This document shows, piece after piece, positions 49,683 through 60,500 of a stretch of DNA of 64,000 bases. The notes below the pieces were generated by a model. It did not search any database and was not told the DNA's origin. It worked only from the letters and a program-made list of their open reading frames with translations. The position numbers were made by a program, and so were the translations under genes. The stretch is taken from the NCBI GenBank assembly GCA_963655605.1, contig CAVKGJ010000103.1:9437-73436 (forward strand), in the 5' to 3' direction. The DNA comes from Oscillospiraceae bacterium. GTDB lineage: Bacteria; Pseudomonadota; Gammaproteobacteria; Burkholderiales; Burkholderiaceae_D. Within the stretch, counting starts at the first letter, position 1. Each line of letters opens with the position of its first letter.

Positions 49683-50004
49683 AAGCAAGCCGATAGGCCG
49701 GATTCTGTTACGGTACAAATGTACTATGACAGCCATTCATCTAGGCACCGGATTACTCCGGCACTCAAGCTTCCTACCCGCACGCTCCGCGGACCGCATC
49801 AATGCGTGCCTATTTGGAATTGCACCAGGTGGAGGTTGCCGCGTTTCACCGTAACCCAATACGCTCGTCTCTGTGGCCCTGTTCCTCGTCTTATACCTTT
49901 CGGTTTTCGACGGACGGCCGTTAACCGTCACCCTGTCCTGTGGTGTCCGGACCTTCCTCCCGTTTCCGGCTGAAACCGGAAACCGGCGACTGTCTGGCTT
50001 GCTT
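49683..50004 (-). ncRNA. rnpB: RNase P RNA (type A)
   Basis: Minus strand reads AAGCAAGCCAGACAGUCGC...GAGGAAGGUCCGGAC...AGGGCCACAGAGACG...GGUGAAACGCGGCAACCUCC...ACAGAAUCCGGCCUAUCGGCUUGCUU. Ends pair as P1. Confidence 0.96.
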
Positions 50005-50059
50005 CTCCAGACCGGATTTTACAGGTAACTGCGAAAACAGGATAGCGTCAAGAACTCTT

Positions 50060-51223
50060 TCAATTATAGTCGCCCCAGGTAATTATTCTCATCACCAGGC
50101 GATAAATCAGAAAGGCCGTGCCATACCATAATCTCCAGAGCCATGGACGATTCATGAAACTGTCTTGGTGTATCGGCACGGCCTCTGAAACCGCATGTTC
50201 AATCTGCCGTTTCAGCTCTCTTGCAAACTTCTCGTCCTTTACGACGATATTGGCTTCATGATTCAGGAACAGGCTCAGGCCGTCACAGTTACTGGATCCG
50301 ACCGTTGCCCATTTACTGTCGACAACAGCGACTTTTCCATGAAACTGCGTTTTGCGGTATTCATAAATCCGGATACCGTCTCTCAGCAATTTCGGATAAA
50401 AAGACTGTGCCACAGCATCCTGCATCCAGAATTCACCGCTTCCGATCAGCAATACCACTTCAACCCCGCGACAAGCCGCAGAAGCAAGAGCGTTTCTGAA
50501 GCGTCTGCCTGGCGCAAAATAAGGTGTGGCCAGAAGGATTTGCTGACGTGCGCTTCCCATTGCTTTCAGATAAGCTTTCTGAATGGTTCGCCTGTTTCTG
50601 AAATTGTCACGGACAATAAAACCCGCCAGAATCGTTCTGGCATGTTTGATTCTCTCTTTGAAATACAATGTGCGATATCGGCCGAACCGTTCTCTGAGAG
50701 ACAGTTTTCCGGTCTGTTCCCAAAGACGAATCGCTTCCTGATAAATCAGGCCAGCAAGACTGCCTTCCACACGAACGGCAAAATCCTGTCTTGGAGAAGC
50801 CAGCATCTGTTTTCTGTTATAGTCGTATCTCAAATCGCTCAGTATATTGATGCCCCCCACGAAAGCGACTCTCTGATCGACGACACACAATTTCCTGTGC
50901 AAACGAACGAACCCCCGTTTGAACCATATATTGAAAACGTGGTACTGGATCCCGGATCGATCGAATTCTCCGGTTAACAAACGACACACTCCGGGTCCCG
51001 TTCCAAGCCAGTCAATAATGACATGCACATCAACATTCCGCGCCACGGCCCGTTTCAACGCATCAATGACCCTTCTGCCGACTTCATCCGGGAAAAAAAT
51101 ATACGTTTCGAGATATATTTCAGAAACCGCACCGTCAATCGCGCTGATCAGCTCAGGGAAAAAATCCTCTCCGTTCCGCAATAATCTCAGACGGCTGTCA
51201 GATGTATAACGGACGATACCCAT
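50060..51223 (-). CDS. clsB: cardiolipin synthase ClsB-like phospholipase D
   Basis: LLRNGEDFFP, HRKLCVVD and HGKVAVVD HKD motifs, TVGSSN. No N-terminal TM. Follows ybhP. Confidence 0.85.
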   Translation of the reverse strand: MGIVRYTSDSRLRLLRNGEDFFPELISAIDGAVSEIYLETYIFFPDEVGRRVIDALKRAVARNVDVHVIIDWLGTGPGVCRLLTGEFDRSGIQYHVFNIWFKRGFVRLHRKLCVVDQRVAFVGGINILSDLRYDYNRKQMLASPRQDFAVRVEGSLAGLIYQEAIRLWEQTGKLSLRERFGRYRTLYFKERIKHARTILAGFIVRDNFRNRRTIQKAYLKAMGSARQQILLATPYFAPGRRFRNALASAACRGVEVVLLIGSGEFWMQDAVAQSFYPKLLRDGIRIYEYRKTQFHGKVAVVDSKWATVGSSNCDGLSLFLNHEANIVVKDEKFARELKRQIEHAVSEAVPIHQDSFMNRPWLWRLWYGTAFLIYRLVMRIITWGDYN

Positions 51224-51225
51224 TC

Positions 51226-52017
51226 CTATTCTATCCGTAGAGACGCGACAAGCGGTGCATGATCCGACAGTGCAGTCCAAGGCGCGCCCTGCATGACATT
51301 GGCTGAATTGACCCTGAAACCTCTGACATAAATCCTGTCAAGGCGAAAAAAAGGAAACAGTGCCGGAAACGTTCTTGCCGGCAACGGTTTGGGAACCTTG
51401 CCGGTCAGCCTTGGGAAAAAGGACCTTTTTTCCTGTTGTGCCGACAATTCGTCGAACACTTCCGTAACATGAAGCGTCTTTCTGAGAAGATCGGAAAGAT
51501 TGTTGTTCCAGTCGTTGAAATCTCCGGCAATAATGACCGGTGCATCATCAGGGGCTGAATGCCGGACGGTATCGATCAGTGCGTGCGTCTGCCTGATTCG
51601 GCTGCCATTGAACAAGCCAAGATGAATGACATAACAATACACTTTCGTTTCCGGAGTCTGCAAAACACAATGGAGAATGCCTCTTGACTCCAGAGCGTGA
51701 TCCGACACATCCGTATTGTGTTGTGAAATAATGGGATAGGCGCTTAAAAGCGCATTGCCATGATGTCCATAATCGTAAACGGCATTCTTGCCATAGGCGC
51801 AATAGAGCGAATTGCCTGCAAGATAGGCATGTTGTCCCCGATCCTGCCATAACAGGGCATAACGGTCGGTCATCAGATCATGACGGCCCTGCACTTCCTG
51901 CAGGAAAATCACATCGGCACTCAAAGACCGGATAGATCTTTTCAGTTCCTGGATGACGGGCCGATGATCAATGGATGCCCCTTTGTGAATATTGTAAGTT
52001 GCAATACGAAGTTCCAT
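51226..52017 (-). CDS. endonuclease/exonuclease/phosphatase family protein (YbhP-like)
   Basis: TYNIHKG, FLQEV, HHGNA.LS, AGDFNDW, LDRIY, LSDH. Confidence 0.9.
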   Translation of the reverse strand: MELRIATYNIHKGASIDHRPVIQELKRSIRSLSADVIFLQEVQGRHDLMTDRYALLWQDRGQHAYLAGNSLYCAYGKNAVYDYGHHGNALLSAYPIISQHNTDVSDHALESRGILHCVLQTPETKVYCYVIHLGLFNGSRIRQTHALIDTVRHSAPDDAPVIIAGDFNDWNNNLSDLLRKTLHVTEVFDELSAQQEKRSFFPRLTGKVPKPLPARTFPALFPFFRLDRIYVRGFRVNSANVMQGAPWTALSDHAPLVASLRIE

Positions 52018-52238
52018 AGCGACTTTACCTGCCTGACGACCGGTTCTTGCCGGCCACATCCGCTTTAGTCAAAGTGAAAAACCGAATACTATTGAACTGC
52101 CAGAAACAATACTGATATTGTACTTTGTAAAAAATATTCAAGTGCAACCGATTGAATTCACTCTTTCAAACTGTCTTGAAATACCATAGACATCCTGTTT
52201 CAGGGATAATATTGCCTGTCCAATTACAAACTGATTCC

Positions 52239-53561
52239 ATGAGAATTCTGTATTCCGCAATATGGTGGCTTGTTCTGCCTTTCGTATTACTTCGTCTTTA
52301 CTGGAGGGGACGCAAGGAACCCGGTTACAGACAGCATATTTCAGAACGCCTCGGTTTTTTTCCTGCTGTTCACCCGGCACGGCGGAGAGTATGGATACAT
52401 GCCGTTTCTGTTGGTGAAACCCGTGCGGCAGAACCTCTGATCAGGGCGCTCATGATCCGTTTCCCTGATTGTGAAATCCTTTTGACTCATATGACGCCGA
52501 CCGGACGGGCAACCGGACATGACCTGTTCGGAAACGAAAAAAAATCCGGCAGACTCATACAGACCTATCTGCCATACGATACCAATACGATGATGCGGCG
52601 TTTCATCCGTCACTATCGCCCTTGTCTTTGCATCCTGCTCGAAACCGAAATCTGGCCGAACCTCATCAGGCAATGCGTCAGCCATCAAGTCCGGCTCGCC
52701 CTCGTCAATGCACGCCTATCGGAACGTTCATTAAAAAAAGGCAGGAAAATCCAGTCCATCATGAATGATGCCGCACGTGGTTTTTCTGTTGTCGCCGCCC
52801 AGACAGAAACCGATGCCGACAGGCTCGGACAATTCGGTGCCAACAATATCGCTGTAACCGGAAGTGTCAAATTCGATATTCAACCTTCTGTGACCATCAT
52901 CGAAAAAGGAATGGCACTGCGAAAACTCATCGGCGACCGCCCTGTACTGATGTGCGCCAGTACACGGAATAGCGAAGAAGCGCAGATTCTCGGCGCCCTA
53001 GAACAACTAGACAGGGATGCACTGCTGCTGCTTGTTCCAAGACATCCCCAACGTTTTGATGAAGTGGAAAAAATGATCAGAAACCATCATATCCCCGTAG
53101 TCAGACGCTCGGCACTGCATGATTTCACCACATATTCCCTGCCTCGTGATACCCGCGTCCTTCTCGGCGACTCGATGGGAGAAATGTTCATGTATTACAC
53201 CTCCTGCGATATCGCCTTTATCGGAGGCAGTCTTGAAAAACTCGGCGGACAGAATCTGATTGAAGCCTGTGCGGTCGGCAAGCCTGTTCTGGCAGGACCA
53301 TACACTTTCAATTTTGAAGCGATTACAAAAGATGCCATTGCCGCAAATGCTGCTATCCGTATCGCTTCGGCTGCAGAGCTGATGCAACGCTCAAACGAAC
53401 TGTTTTCCGACGTGACCCTGCGCCACACAATGAGTTGTAACGCACAGCAGTTTGCCGACAAACAGCATGGCGCAACAGAACGCACCCTGGAATTGCTAGT
53501 TCCGCTTATCGAAAACACTGCTAATCCACAAGATCAGTCAGGACAGCCGGTCATCCGCTGA
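52239..53561 (+). CDS. waaA: 3-deoxy-D-manno-octulosonic acid transferase
   Basis: WIHAVSVGE, ETEIWPN, NARLSERS, VPRHPQRF, DSMGE, GGQN.IE. Confidence 0.96.
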   Translation: MRILYSAIWWLVLPFVLLRLYWRGRKEPGYRQHISERLGFFPAVHPARRRVWIHAVSVGETRAAEPLIRALMIRFPDCEILLTHMTPTGRATGHDLFGNEKKSGRLIQTYLPYDTNTMMRRFIRHYRPCLCILLETEIWPNLIRQCVSHQVRLALVNARLSERSLKKGRKIQSIMNDAARGFSVVAAQTETDADRLGQFGANNIAVTGSVKFDIQPSVTIIEKGMALRKLIGDRPVLMCASTRNSEEAQILGALEQLDRDALLLLVPRHPQRFDEVEKMIRNHHIPVVRRSALHDFTTYSLPRDTRVLLGDSMGEMFMYYTSCDIAFIGGSLEKLGGQNLIEACAVGKPVLAGPYTFNFEAITKDAIAANAAIRIASAAELMQRSNELFSDVTLRHTMSCNAQQFADKQHGATERTLELLVPLIENTANPQDQSGQPVIR

Positions 53562-54240
53562 GCGGTATCTCGAAAATCAGCGTCGTACCGGAATCACCAG
53601 TTACAATCCGGAATTCACCATTCAGCATTCCGATGCGTTCACGAATGCCTGCCAGCCCGTATGATTTGATCTTGCGGTTGCGTACTTTCGGCATACCGGT
53701 TCCATTGTCTGACACACTCAGAACCAGATTCTGCCCATTTTGCCTCAGTACGATTTCCACTTTGTCTGCCCCGGCATGCTTGACAACATTTGTAAGGGCT
53801 TCCTGAAGAACGCGAAACAACACAGTTGCACGCTTGTCGTCCAACTCGAGATTTTCCCTGTCAGTCCGGAAAACACATGCGATCCCGTTCGTCCTGAAAA
53901 AATCCCGAGCCTGCCATTCCAGAGAGGGAATCAGTCCCAGATCCATCACGGCCGGCCGCAAATCATTGATCAGCGTTCTGACACTCTTGACCGTAGCATC
54001 AACATGCTCAAGTATTTCATCAATCCGCTGCGAACGCTTTTCCTGAAAGTCAAATACATCCTGTTTCAGGAGAGATATCTCTATGCGCAACGCCAGCAGG
54101 TGCTGCCCCAGTTCATCGTGAATCTCGCGGGCGATCCGTTTCCGTTCATCCTCGCGTATTTTTTCCTGATGGCCGATCAACTCCCGCAGTTCGCCTTTTT
54201 CAACGATACTTTCCATATCTTTTCCGGACAGACACTTCAC
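53551..54240 (-). CDS. cytoplasmic HisKA_3-type histidine kinase core without sensor domain
   Basis: H-box ERKRIAREIHDELGQ, N-box QEALTNVVKHA, DNGTG, YGLAGIRER. Start at GTG 54240 or ATG 54216. Confidence 0.88.
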   Translation of the reverse strand: MKCLSGKDMESIVEKGELRELIGHQEKIREDERKRIAREIHDELGQHLLALRIEISLLKQDVFDFQEKRSQRIDEILEHVDATVKSVRTLINDLRPAVMDLGLIPSLEWQARDFFRTNGIACVFRTDRENLELDDKRATVLFRVLQEALTNVVKHAGADKVEIVLRQNGQNLVLSVSDNGTGMPKVRNRKIKSYGLAGIRERIGMLNGEFRIVTGDSGTTLIFEIPLSG

Positions 54241-54249
54241 GAATATTGT

Positions 54250-54849
54250 TCAGATTCTGATGAAATGTTCGCGGTAATAACGCAATTCCTCAATGGATTC
54301 GATGATATCGGCCAATGCGGTATGCTTCTGCATCTTTCTGAAACCGTCCGCCAGTCCGGGTTTCCAGCGCCTTGCCAACTCTTTCAGGGTGGACACGTCC
54401 AGATTGCGATAATGAAAATATGCTTCCAGTTTCGGCATGGTCTTCGCCATAAACCGGCGATCCTGGCAGATCGTATTGCCGCACATGGGAGATTTTCCTT
54501 TCGGAACATAAGGTTCGAGAAACTCGATCAGCGCATCCTCCGCCATGGCTTCGGTAATATTGGACGCCCTGACACGATCGATCAGCCCGGACCTTCCATG
54601 CGTTCCCCTGTTCCATGCATCCATTTTATCCAGGATTTCATCGGACTGGTGAATGGCATAAACGGGCCCCTCTGCCAGAATATTCAGACTAGGATCCGTT
54701 ACGACCATAGCGACCTCGATAATCCGATCAGTTTCGGGATCAAGTCCCGTCATTTCAAGATCGACCCAAATCAGATTCAGTTCATTCGGCCGTTTTTTCA
54801 CGCCATTATTTTGAAATCGTTCTGGTTGCGTTTCCTGAGCTTGTGACAT
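54250..54849 (-). CDS. orn: oligoribonuclease
   Basis: [49 protein letters not shown]. Confidence 0.97.
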   Translation of the reverse strand: MSQAQETQPERFQNNGVKKRPNELNLIWVDLEMTGLDPETDRIIEVAMVVTDPSLNILAEGPVYAIHQSDEILDKMDAWNRGTHGRSGLIDRVRASNITEAMAEDALIEFLEPYVPKGKSPMCGNTICQDRRFMAKTMPKLEAYFHYRNLDVSTLKELARRWKPGLADGFRKMQKHTALADIIESIEELRYYREHFIRI

Positions 54850-54896
54850 AATTCTTTCCTTATCGACATAATCGCTCATTTTCTCACAAGGATAAA

Positions 54897-56150
54897 ATGT
54901 CAGCACTCGCGTTTACGCAACTATTCCTGTTTTTCCTATTTTTAACGTGCATTGTCCGTTTCTGGCTGGCAGTCAGGCAACTGCATACGGTAAAAAAATA
55001 CCGAAACAGCGTACCCGAACAATTCACCGGCCGCATCACACTTTCGGCACATCAGAAAGCGGCAGCCTATACAATAGCCAAAACCCGTTTCAGTCTTATC
55101 TCCCTGACTGTGGATACCGTCGTTTTGCTTGGCTTCACCCTTTTCGGAGGACTGCAATATCTTGCCGAATTCACGATTGCGCATATCACAAACAGCATGA
55201 TTGGCCAAATCGCCCTAATCCTTGCTGTCTGCATAATTGTCGGTATCCTTGATCTGCCATTCGATTACTACCGGCAATTTGTCATTGAAGAAAACTTCGG
55301 TTTCAACAAAATGACCCTGTCGCTCTATTGCTGCGACATGATAAAAAACACCCTGCTAAGCGCCATCATCGGATTGCCTCTCCTGTGGATTCTGCTGATC
55401 ACTATGGACAAGACCGGAACATGGTGGTGGCTTTACACTTGGGTTCTCTGGAACGCATTCCAGTATCTGATGCTTTTCATCTATCCGACATTTATTGCCC
55501 CCCTGTTCAACAAATTTTCCCCTCTGACTGATGAAAAGCTGCGAAACAGGATCGAGCAACTCATGCAACGTGTCGGATTCCAGTCAAAAGGCCTGTTCAT
55601 CATGGATGGTTCCAAGCGAAGTTCGCATGGAAATGCATACTTTACCGGATTCGGCTCGGCCAAACGGGTCGTCTTTTTCGATACGCTTATAGAACGCCTC
55701 GTTCCGGAAGAAATCGAAGCGGTTCTGGCCCATGAACTGGGTCATTTCCGTCTGAAACATGTCATGAAACGGATTATTTTCACCAGTTTCATTTCCCTGG
55801 CGTTTCTGGCGTTGCTCGGATTTCTCAAAAATGAACCCTGGTTCTATACCGGACTGGGCATAGAACCGGATCTGGCTTCGAATGCCGTCGCCATAATCCT
55901 TTTCACTCTGACCTTGCCCATATTCACCTTTTTTCTCTCGCCCATTATATCGATGAGTTCCAGAAAACATGAATTCGAGGCGGATGCCTTCTCGGCACAA
56001 CATACCGATGCCCACCATCTGGTCAGCGCCCTTGTAAAAATGTATGAAGACAATGCATCCACCCTTACACCGGACCCACTCCATTCGGCATTTTATGATT
56101 CCCATCCGCCTGCCAGTATCCGTATCAACCGTCTGCTGAGGCATTCATGA
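54897..56150 (+). CDS. M48 family (Ste24/CAAX-like) membrane zinc metalloprotease
   Basis: Multiple TM segments, NAYFTG, HELGH, EFEAD, SHP...RI. Confidence 0.93.
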   Translation: MSALAFTQLFLFFLFLTCIVRFWLAVRQLHTVKKYRNSVPEQFTGRITLSAHQKAAAYTIAKTRFSLISLTVDTVVLLGFTLFGGLQYLAEFTIAHITNSMIGQIALILAVCIIVGILDLPFDYYRQFVIEENFGFNKMTLSLYCCDMIKNTLLSAIIGLPLLWILLITMDKTGTWWWLYTWVLWNAFQYLMLFIYPTFIAPLFNKFSPLTDEKLRNRIEQLMQRVGFQSKGLFIMDGSKRSSHGNAYFTGFGSAKRVVFFDTLIERLVPEEIEAVLAHELGHFRLKHVMKRIIFTSFISLAFLALLGFLKNEPWFYTGLGIEPDLASNAVAIILFTLTLPIFTFFLSPIISMSSRKHEFEADAFSAQHTDAHHLVSALVKMYEDNASTLTPDPLHSAFYDSHPPASIRINRLLRHS

Positions 56151-57046
56151 AAAAGGAACCGCTGACAGCATGCGTCATTGCTGCACATGGACGACATTAT
56201 CTGGCGATAACCAGTGATGGGAAATTGCTTCATTGCGTCACGCGCGGCAAAAAAAGCGATGTAGCCGTAGGGGACAGCATCAATGCCATTCCTACAGCAA
56301 AAGGACAGGCTGTCATTGAATCCATCAACGAGCGCCGTTCCCTCTTATACCGTTCCGATCAATACAAATCGAAACTGCTCGCGGCCAATATCGACCAGCT
56401 GTTTATTGTTGTCGCCACCGAACCGGATTTTTCGGACGATCTTGTGTCCCGTGCACTGGTTGCTGCCGAAGCCGCAGAAATCGAGGTACATCTCATTCTC
56501 AACAAGATCGATATGATTGGCCGACTTCAGAGAGCGAGAGAACGCGCCGGATTTTACGCCTCACTAGGCTATCCGGTTCACGAAGTTTCTGCAACCGTAC
56601 TGCCAGATGAAACCCTCGCCATACTGACGCCCGTCGTCAGGAACCGAACATCCCTCCTTATCGGCCAGTCCGGCATGGGAAAATCATCACTGATCAATCT
56701 GCTCGTACCGGATGCGGATATCGCCACACAGAAAATTTCAACCGTCCTGAACTCGGGCAAACATACGACGACCTATACGCGAATATACCGGATTGATGAA
56801 AATACCGCGGTCGTCGATTCGCCAGGTTTTCAGGAATTCGGTTTGTACCATCTGACTGAAGGCATGCTTGAACGTGCCTTCCGGGAATTTCGTCCTTTCC
56901 TGGGACATTGCCGTTTTTACAATTGCCATCACCTGACTGAACCGGGCTGCGCCATTCTGGAAGCGGTCGAAACTGGGCATATCGCCAGAATGCGGCATCA
57001 GCTTTACCGACAGTTGGTGCATGAATCGGAACAAAAAACATACTGA
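56147..57046 (+). CDS. rsgA: ribosome small subunit-dependent GTPase
   Basis: NKID, GQSGMGKSSL, GKHTTT, DSPG, C-terminal CRFYNCHH..EPGC. Confidence 0.95.
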   Translation: MKKEPLTACVIAAHGRHYLAITSDGKLLHCVTRGKKSDVAVGDSINAIPTAKGQAVIESINERRSLLYRSDQYKSKLLAANIDQLFIVVATEPDFSDDLVSRALVAAEAAEIEVHLILNKIDMIGRLQRARERAGFYASLGYPVHEVSATVLPDETLAILTPVVRNRTSLLIGQSGMGKSSLINLLVPDADIATQKISTVLNSGKHTTTYTRIYRIDENTAVVDSPGFQEFGLYHLTEGMLERAFREFRPFLGHCRFYNCHHLTEPGCAILEAVETGHIARMRHQLYRQLVHESEQKTY

Positions 57047-57172
57047 AACACGCTTCCGTCATAGGCCTCATGAAAGTACCGAACCGGTCCTGTTTTTTAA
57101 AATTTCCGAAAATCCACTATAATCAAACATTAAACTGTTTCAACGGCGTAAATTTATCCGTCCCGGTAGTCT

Positions 57173-58084
57173 ATGACAATCAAACATTATCTCCAATTTT
57201 CCGACCTGACATTGTCCGAATACGAATATCTGATCGAACGTGCTCGCATCATCAAACAGAAATTCAAAAACTACGAACCGTATCACCCCCTGCAAGACCG
57301 GACGCTTGTCATGGTTTTCGAAAAAAGCTCGACAAGGACCCGTCTTTCTTTCGAGGCGGGCATGCACCAGCTCGGCGGAACGGCCATCTACCTCAACACC
57401 CGTGACAGCCAGCTCGGCCGCGGGGAACCGATCGAAGACGCGGCACAGGTCATGTCACGTATGTCGGACATCATCATGGTCCGTACATTCGGGCACGATA
57501 TCATCGAACGATTTGCAGCATATTCACGCGTTCCCGTCATCAACGGCCTGACCAACGAACACCATCCATGCCAGGTGTTTGCGGATGTTTTCACTTTCAT
57601 CGAGCATCGCGGTTCCATCAAGGGCAAAACCGTTACCTGGATCGGAGATGCCAACAACATGCTGTATTCCTGGTTGCAGGCTGCTGAAGTATTCGGATTC
57701 CATGTCAACGTATCGACACCGAAAGGATACGATATCGACTATCGTCTGGTTTCTTCCGATCACAGCCACTTCACCCGTTTCGACAATCCGGCAGACGCCT
57801 GTGAAGGAGCGCATTTGGTTACAACGGATGTATGGACCAGCATGGGTTTTGAAGAAGAAAATGCCGTCCGCAAAAAGGCTTTCGCCAACTGGAACGTGGA
57901 TACCGACAAGATGCGCCGTGCGGCACCGGATGCATTGTTCATGCACTGTCTCCCCGCCCACCGTGGCGAAGAGGTAACGGCAGAAGTGATCGATGGTCCG
58001 CAATCCGTTGTCTGGGATGAAGCAGAAAACCGGCTGCACGTCCAGAAAGCCCTGCTCGAATATCTCGTCAAGGGAACCGTTTAA
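57173..58084 (+). CDS. argF: ornithine carbamoyltransferase
   Basis: STRTR, HPCQ, DVWTSMG, HCLP, EAENR. Confidence 0.97.
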   Translation: MTIKHYLQFSDLTLSEYEYLIERARIIKQKFKNYEPYHPLQDRTLVMVFEKSSTRTRLSFEAGMHQLGGTAIYLNTRDSQLGRGEPIEDAAQVMSRMSDIIMVRTFGHDIIERFAAYSRVPVINGLTNEHHPCQVFADVFTFIEHRGSIKGKTVTWIGDANNMLYSWLQAAEVFGFHVNVSTPKGYDIDYRLVSSDHSHFTRFDNPADACEGAHLVTTDVWTSMGFEEENAVRKKAFANWNVDTDKMRRAAPDALFMHCLPAHRGEEVTAEVIDGPQSVVWDEAENRLHVQKALLEYLVKGTV

Positions 58085-58235
58085 CCACGGATTTTGCCTT
58101 CCCTGCCATCCCATACAGGTAGGGAAGGATGTCAATCCGCAAGAAACGGCATAAAATGTACCTATTAAAGAAACGTTCCAGAAAAACGTTTCATCCAATC
58201 ACTTCTTTCCAACTGAAACAAACGAAAGACACTTT

Positions 58236-59462
58236 ATGAGCGACGTAAAAAAAGTTGTTCTCGCCTATTCCGGCGGTTTGGATACCTCGGTCATCCTGAA
58301 ATGGCTGCAAGATACCTATCAATGTGAAGTCGTCACTTTCACCGCCGATCTCGGTCAGGGCGAAGAACTTGAACCGGCACGCCAGAAAGCATTGAAATTC
58401 GGCATCAAACCAGAAAATATCTTTATCGATGATCTGCGTGAAGAATTCGTCCGCGATTTCGTATTCCCCATGTTTCGTGCCAATACCATCTATGAAGGTG
58501 AATATTTGCTTGGAACGAGTATCGCTCGCCCGCTGATTGCCAAACGGCTGATCGAAATCGCCCGCCAGACAGGTGCTGACGCCATCGCTCACGGCGCGAC
58601 CGGAAAAGGAAATGACCAGGTTCGTTTCGAACTGGGTGCCTATGCGCTCATGCCGAACATCAGAATCATCGCTCCATGGCGTGAATGGGATCTGCATTCA
58701 AGAGAAAAGCTGCTCAAATATGCCGAAGATGCCGGTATCGAAATCGAAATGAAACACAAACAGGGGGGAGCTCCCTACTCTATGGATGCCAATCTGCTTC
58801 ATATCAGTTATGAAGGCCGCCATCTCGAAGATCCGAATGCAGAACCGGAAGCATCCATGTGGCGCTGGACCGTCAGTCCCGAAGAAGCGCCCGATCAGGC
58901 CGAATACCTCGACATCAAATTTGAAAAGGGAGATATCGTCGCGCTGAATGGCAAACGCATGACGCCGGCGACCGTTCTGACCGAACTGAACAAACTGGGC
59001 AGCAAACACGGTATCGGACGGCTCGATCTGGTTGAAAACCGCTATGTCGGCATGAAATCCCGTGGCTGCTATGAAACGCCAGGCGGAACGATCATGCTGA
59101 AAGCGCACCGAGCCATCGAATCGCTTACACTGGATCGTGAGGTCGCCCACCTTAAAGACGATCTGATGCCGCGTTATGCATCCATGATCTACAACGGTTA
59201 CTGGTGGTCGCCGGAACGTATCGCACTCCAGCGACTGATCGACCACACGCAGGAACATGTCAATGGTACAGTCCGTCTGAAACTGTACAAGGGGAACGTG
59301 ATCGTAGTCGGTCGTGATTCAAAAACCGATTCGCTGTTTGACACGACCATCGCCACCTTTGAAGACGATGCCGGCGCATATGACCAGAAAGATGCCGGCG
59401 GTTTCATCAAGCTGAATGCACTGCGTCTCCGCATTGCGGCAAACGCTCGCCAGAAAAAGTAA
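58236..59462 (+). CDS. argG: argininosuccinate synthase
   Basis: [40 protein letters not shown]. Confidence 0.98.
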   Translation: MSDVKKVVLAYSGGLDTSVILKWLQDTYQCEVVTFTADLGQGEELEPARQKALKFGIKPENIFIDDLREEFVRDFVFPMFRANTIYEGEYLLGTSIARPLIAKRLIEIARQTGADAIAHGATGKGNDQVRFELGAYALMPNIRIIAPWREWDLHSREKLLKYAEDAGIEIEMKHKQGGAPYSMDANLLHISYEGRHLEDPNAEPEASMWRWTVSPEEAPDQAEYLDIKFEKGDIVALNGKRMTPATVLTELNKLGSKHGIGRLDLVENRYVGMKSRGCYETPGGTIMLKAHRAIESLTLDREVAHLKDDLMPRYASMIYNGYWWSPERIALQRLIDHTQEHVNGTVRLKLYKGNVIVVGRDSKTDSLFDTTIATFEDDAGAYDQKDAGGFIKLNALRLRIAANARQKK

Positions 59463-59486
59463 AAAACAGTATTATCATCAACTTTC

Positions 59487-59520
59487 AGGCGGTTTTGTCC
59501 TTTGGGCAAAACCGCCTTTG
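59487..59520 (+). terminator. probable intrinsic terminator after argG
   Basis: AGGCGGTTTTGTCC-TTT-GGGCAAAACCGCCT long stem with a short U tail. Confidence 0.7.
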
Positions 59521-59630
59521 CTGTAGATCATATGTGTATCCGCTCCAATTCTTATCCGGACTGTTGCATAATCGCAGGCTTCTAATCAATAATGTTGACT
59601 GGATTCAACAAAACACAACCCGGAACAGAC

Positions 59631-60500
59631 ATGATTGGCATTATCGGCGGAAGCGGCATTTACAATATTGAAGGCCTGACGGACATACACTGGAAAACGA
59701 TCCCTTCACCTTTCGGCGCTCCTTCCGATGCACTTCTCTACGGAAAGCTGAACGGAGAACAACTGGTTTTTCTGCCACGCCACGGCCGTGGCCACAAACT
59801 GTCCCCCGGAGAGATCAATTACCGCGCCAATATCGATATACTGAAAAGAGCGGGCATAACCGATATTCTGTCCATCAGCGCGGTCGGTTCCCTGAAAGAG
59901 AATCTGGGTCCGGGAACTTTCGTCATTGTTGACCAATATATCGACCGGACGGTTTCTCGCGAACGTTCCTTTTTCGGCAAAGGATGCGTCGCCCACGTTT
60001 CCATGGCACATCCGACCTGCGATCGCCTGTCCCGCCTCATTCATCAGGCCGCAGTCCACGCCGGAATCGAAACCATATTGGGCGGAACCTATCTGGCGAT
60101 GGAAGGTCCGCAATTTTCGACACTTGCCGAATCCGAACTGTACCGCAACTGGAACTGCGATGTCATTGGCATGACCAATATCCCGGAAGCGAAGCTCGCC
60201 CGTGAAGCGGAAATGTGCTACGCCAGCATTGCCATGGTAACCGATTATGATTGCTGGCATCCGGAACACGACCAGGTTACTGTCCAGCAAATCATCCGTA
60301 CACTGGCAGATAACGCACTGAAAGCCCAGAAACTGGTAAAAGAAGCCATTCCCCATATCCACAACGATTCATCCGGTCAATCCTGTCCTTGCCGGTTCGC
60401 ACTTGAAAACGCGATTATCACTGCGCCGGCAAATCGTAATCCGGACAAGATACGCCAGCTCGATGCCGTTGCCGGACGCATTTTTGAAAAAAAACAATGA
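59631..60500 (+). CDS. mtnP: S-methyl-5'-thioadenosine phosphorylase
   Basis: IGIIGGSG, RHGRGH, NYRANI, EGPQFST.AES, IGMT, VTDYDCW (the DYD motif suggests 6-aminopurine preference). Confidence 0.92.
   Translation: MIGIIGGSGIYNIEGLTDIHWKTIPSPFGAPSDALLYGKLNGEQLVFLPRHGRGHKLSPGEINYRANIDILKRAGITDILSISAVGSLKENLGPGTFVIVDQYIDRTVSRERSFFGKGCVAHVSMAHPTCDRLSRLIHQAAVHAGIETILGGTYLAMEGPQFSTLAESELYRNWNCDVIGMTNIPEAKLAREAEMCYASIAMVTDYDCWHPEHDQVTVQQIIRTLADNALKAQKLVKEAIPHIHNDSSGQSCPCRFALENAIITAPANRNPDKIRQLDAVAGRIFEKKQ

Noticed and set aside
49528..50131. Several short ORFs upstream of mraZ
   Set aside because: They overlap RNase P RNA or the dcw promoter region and have no protein motifs.
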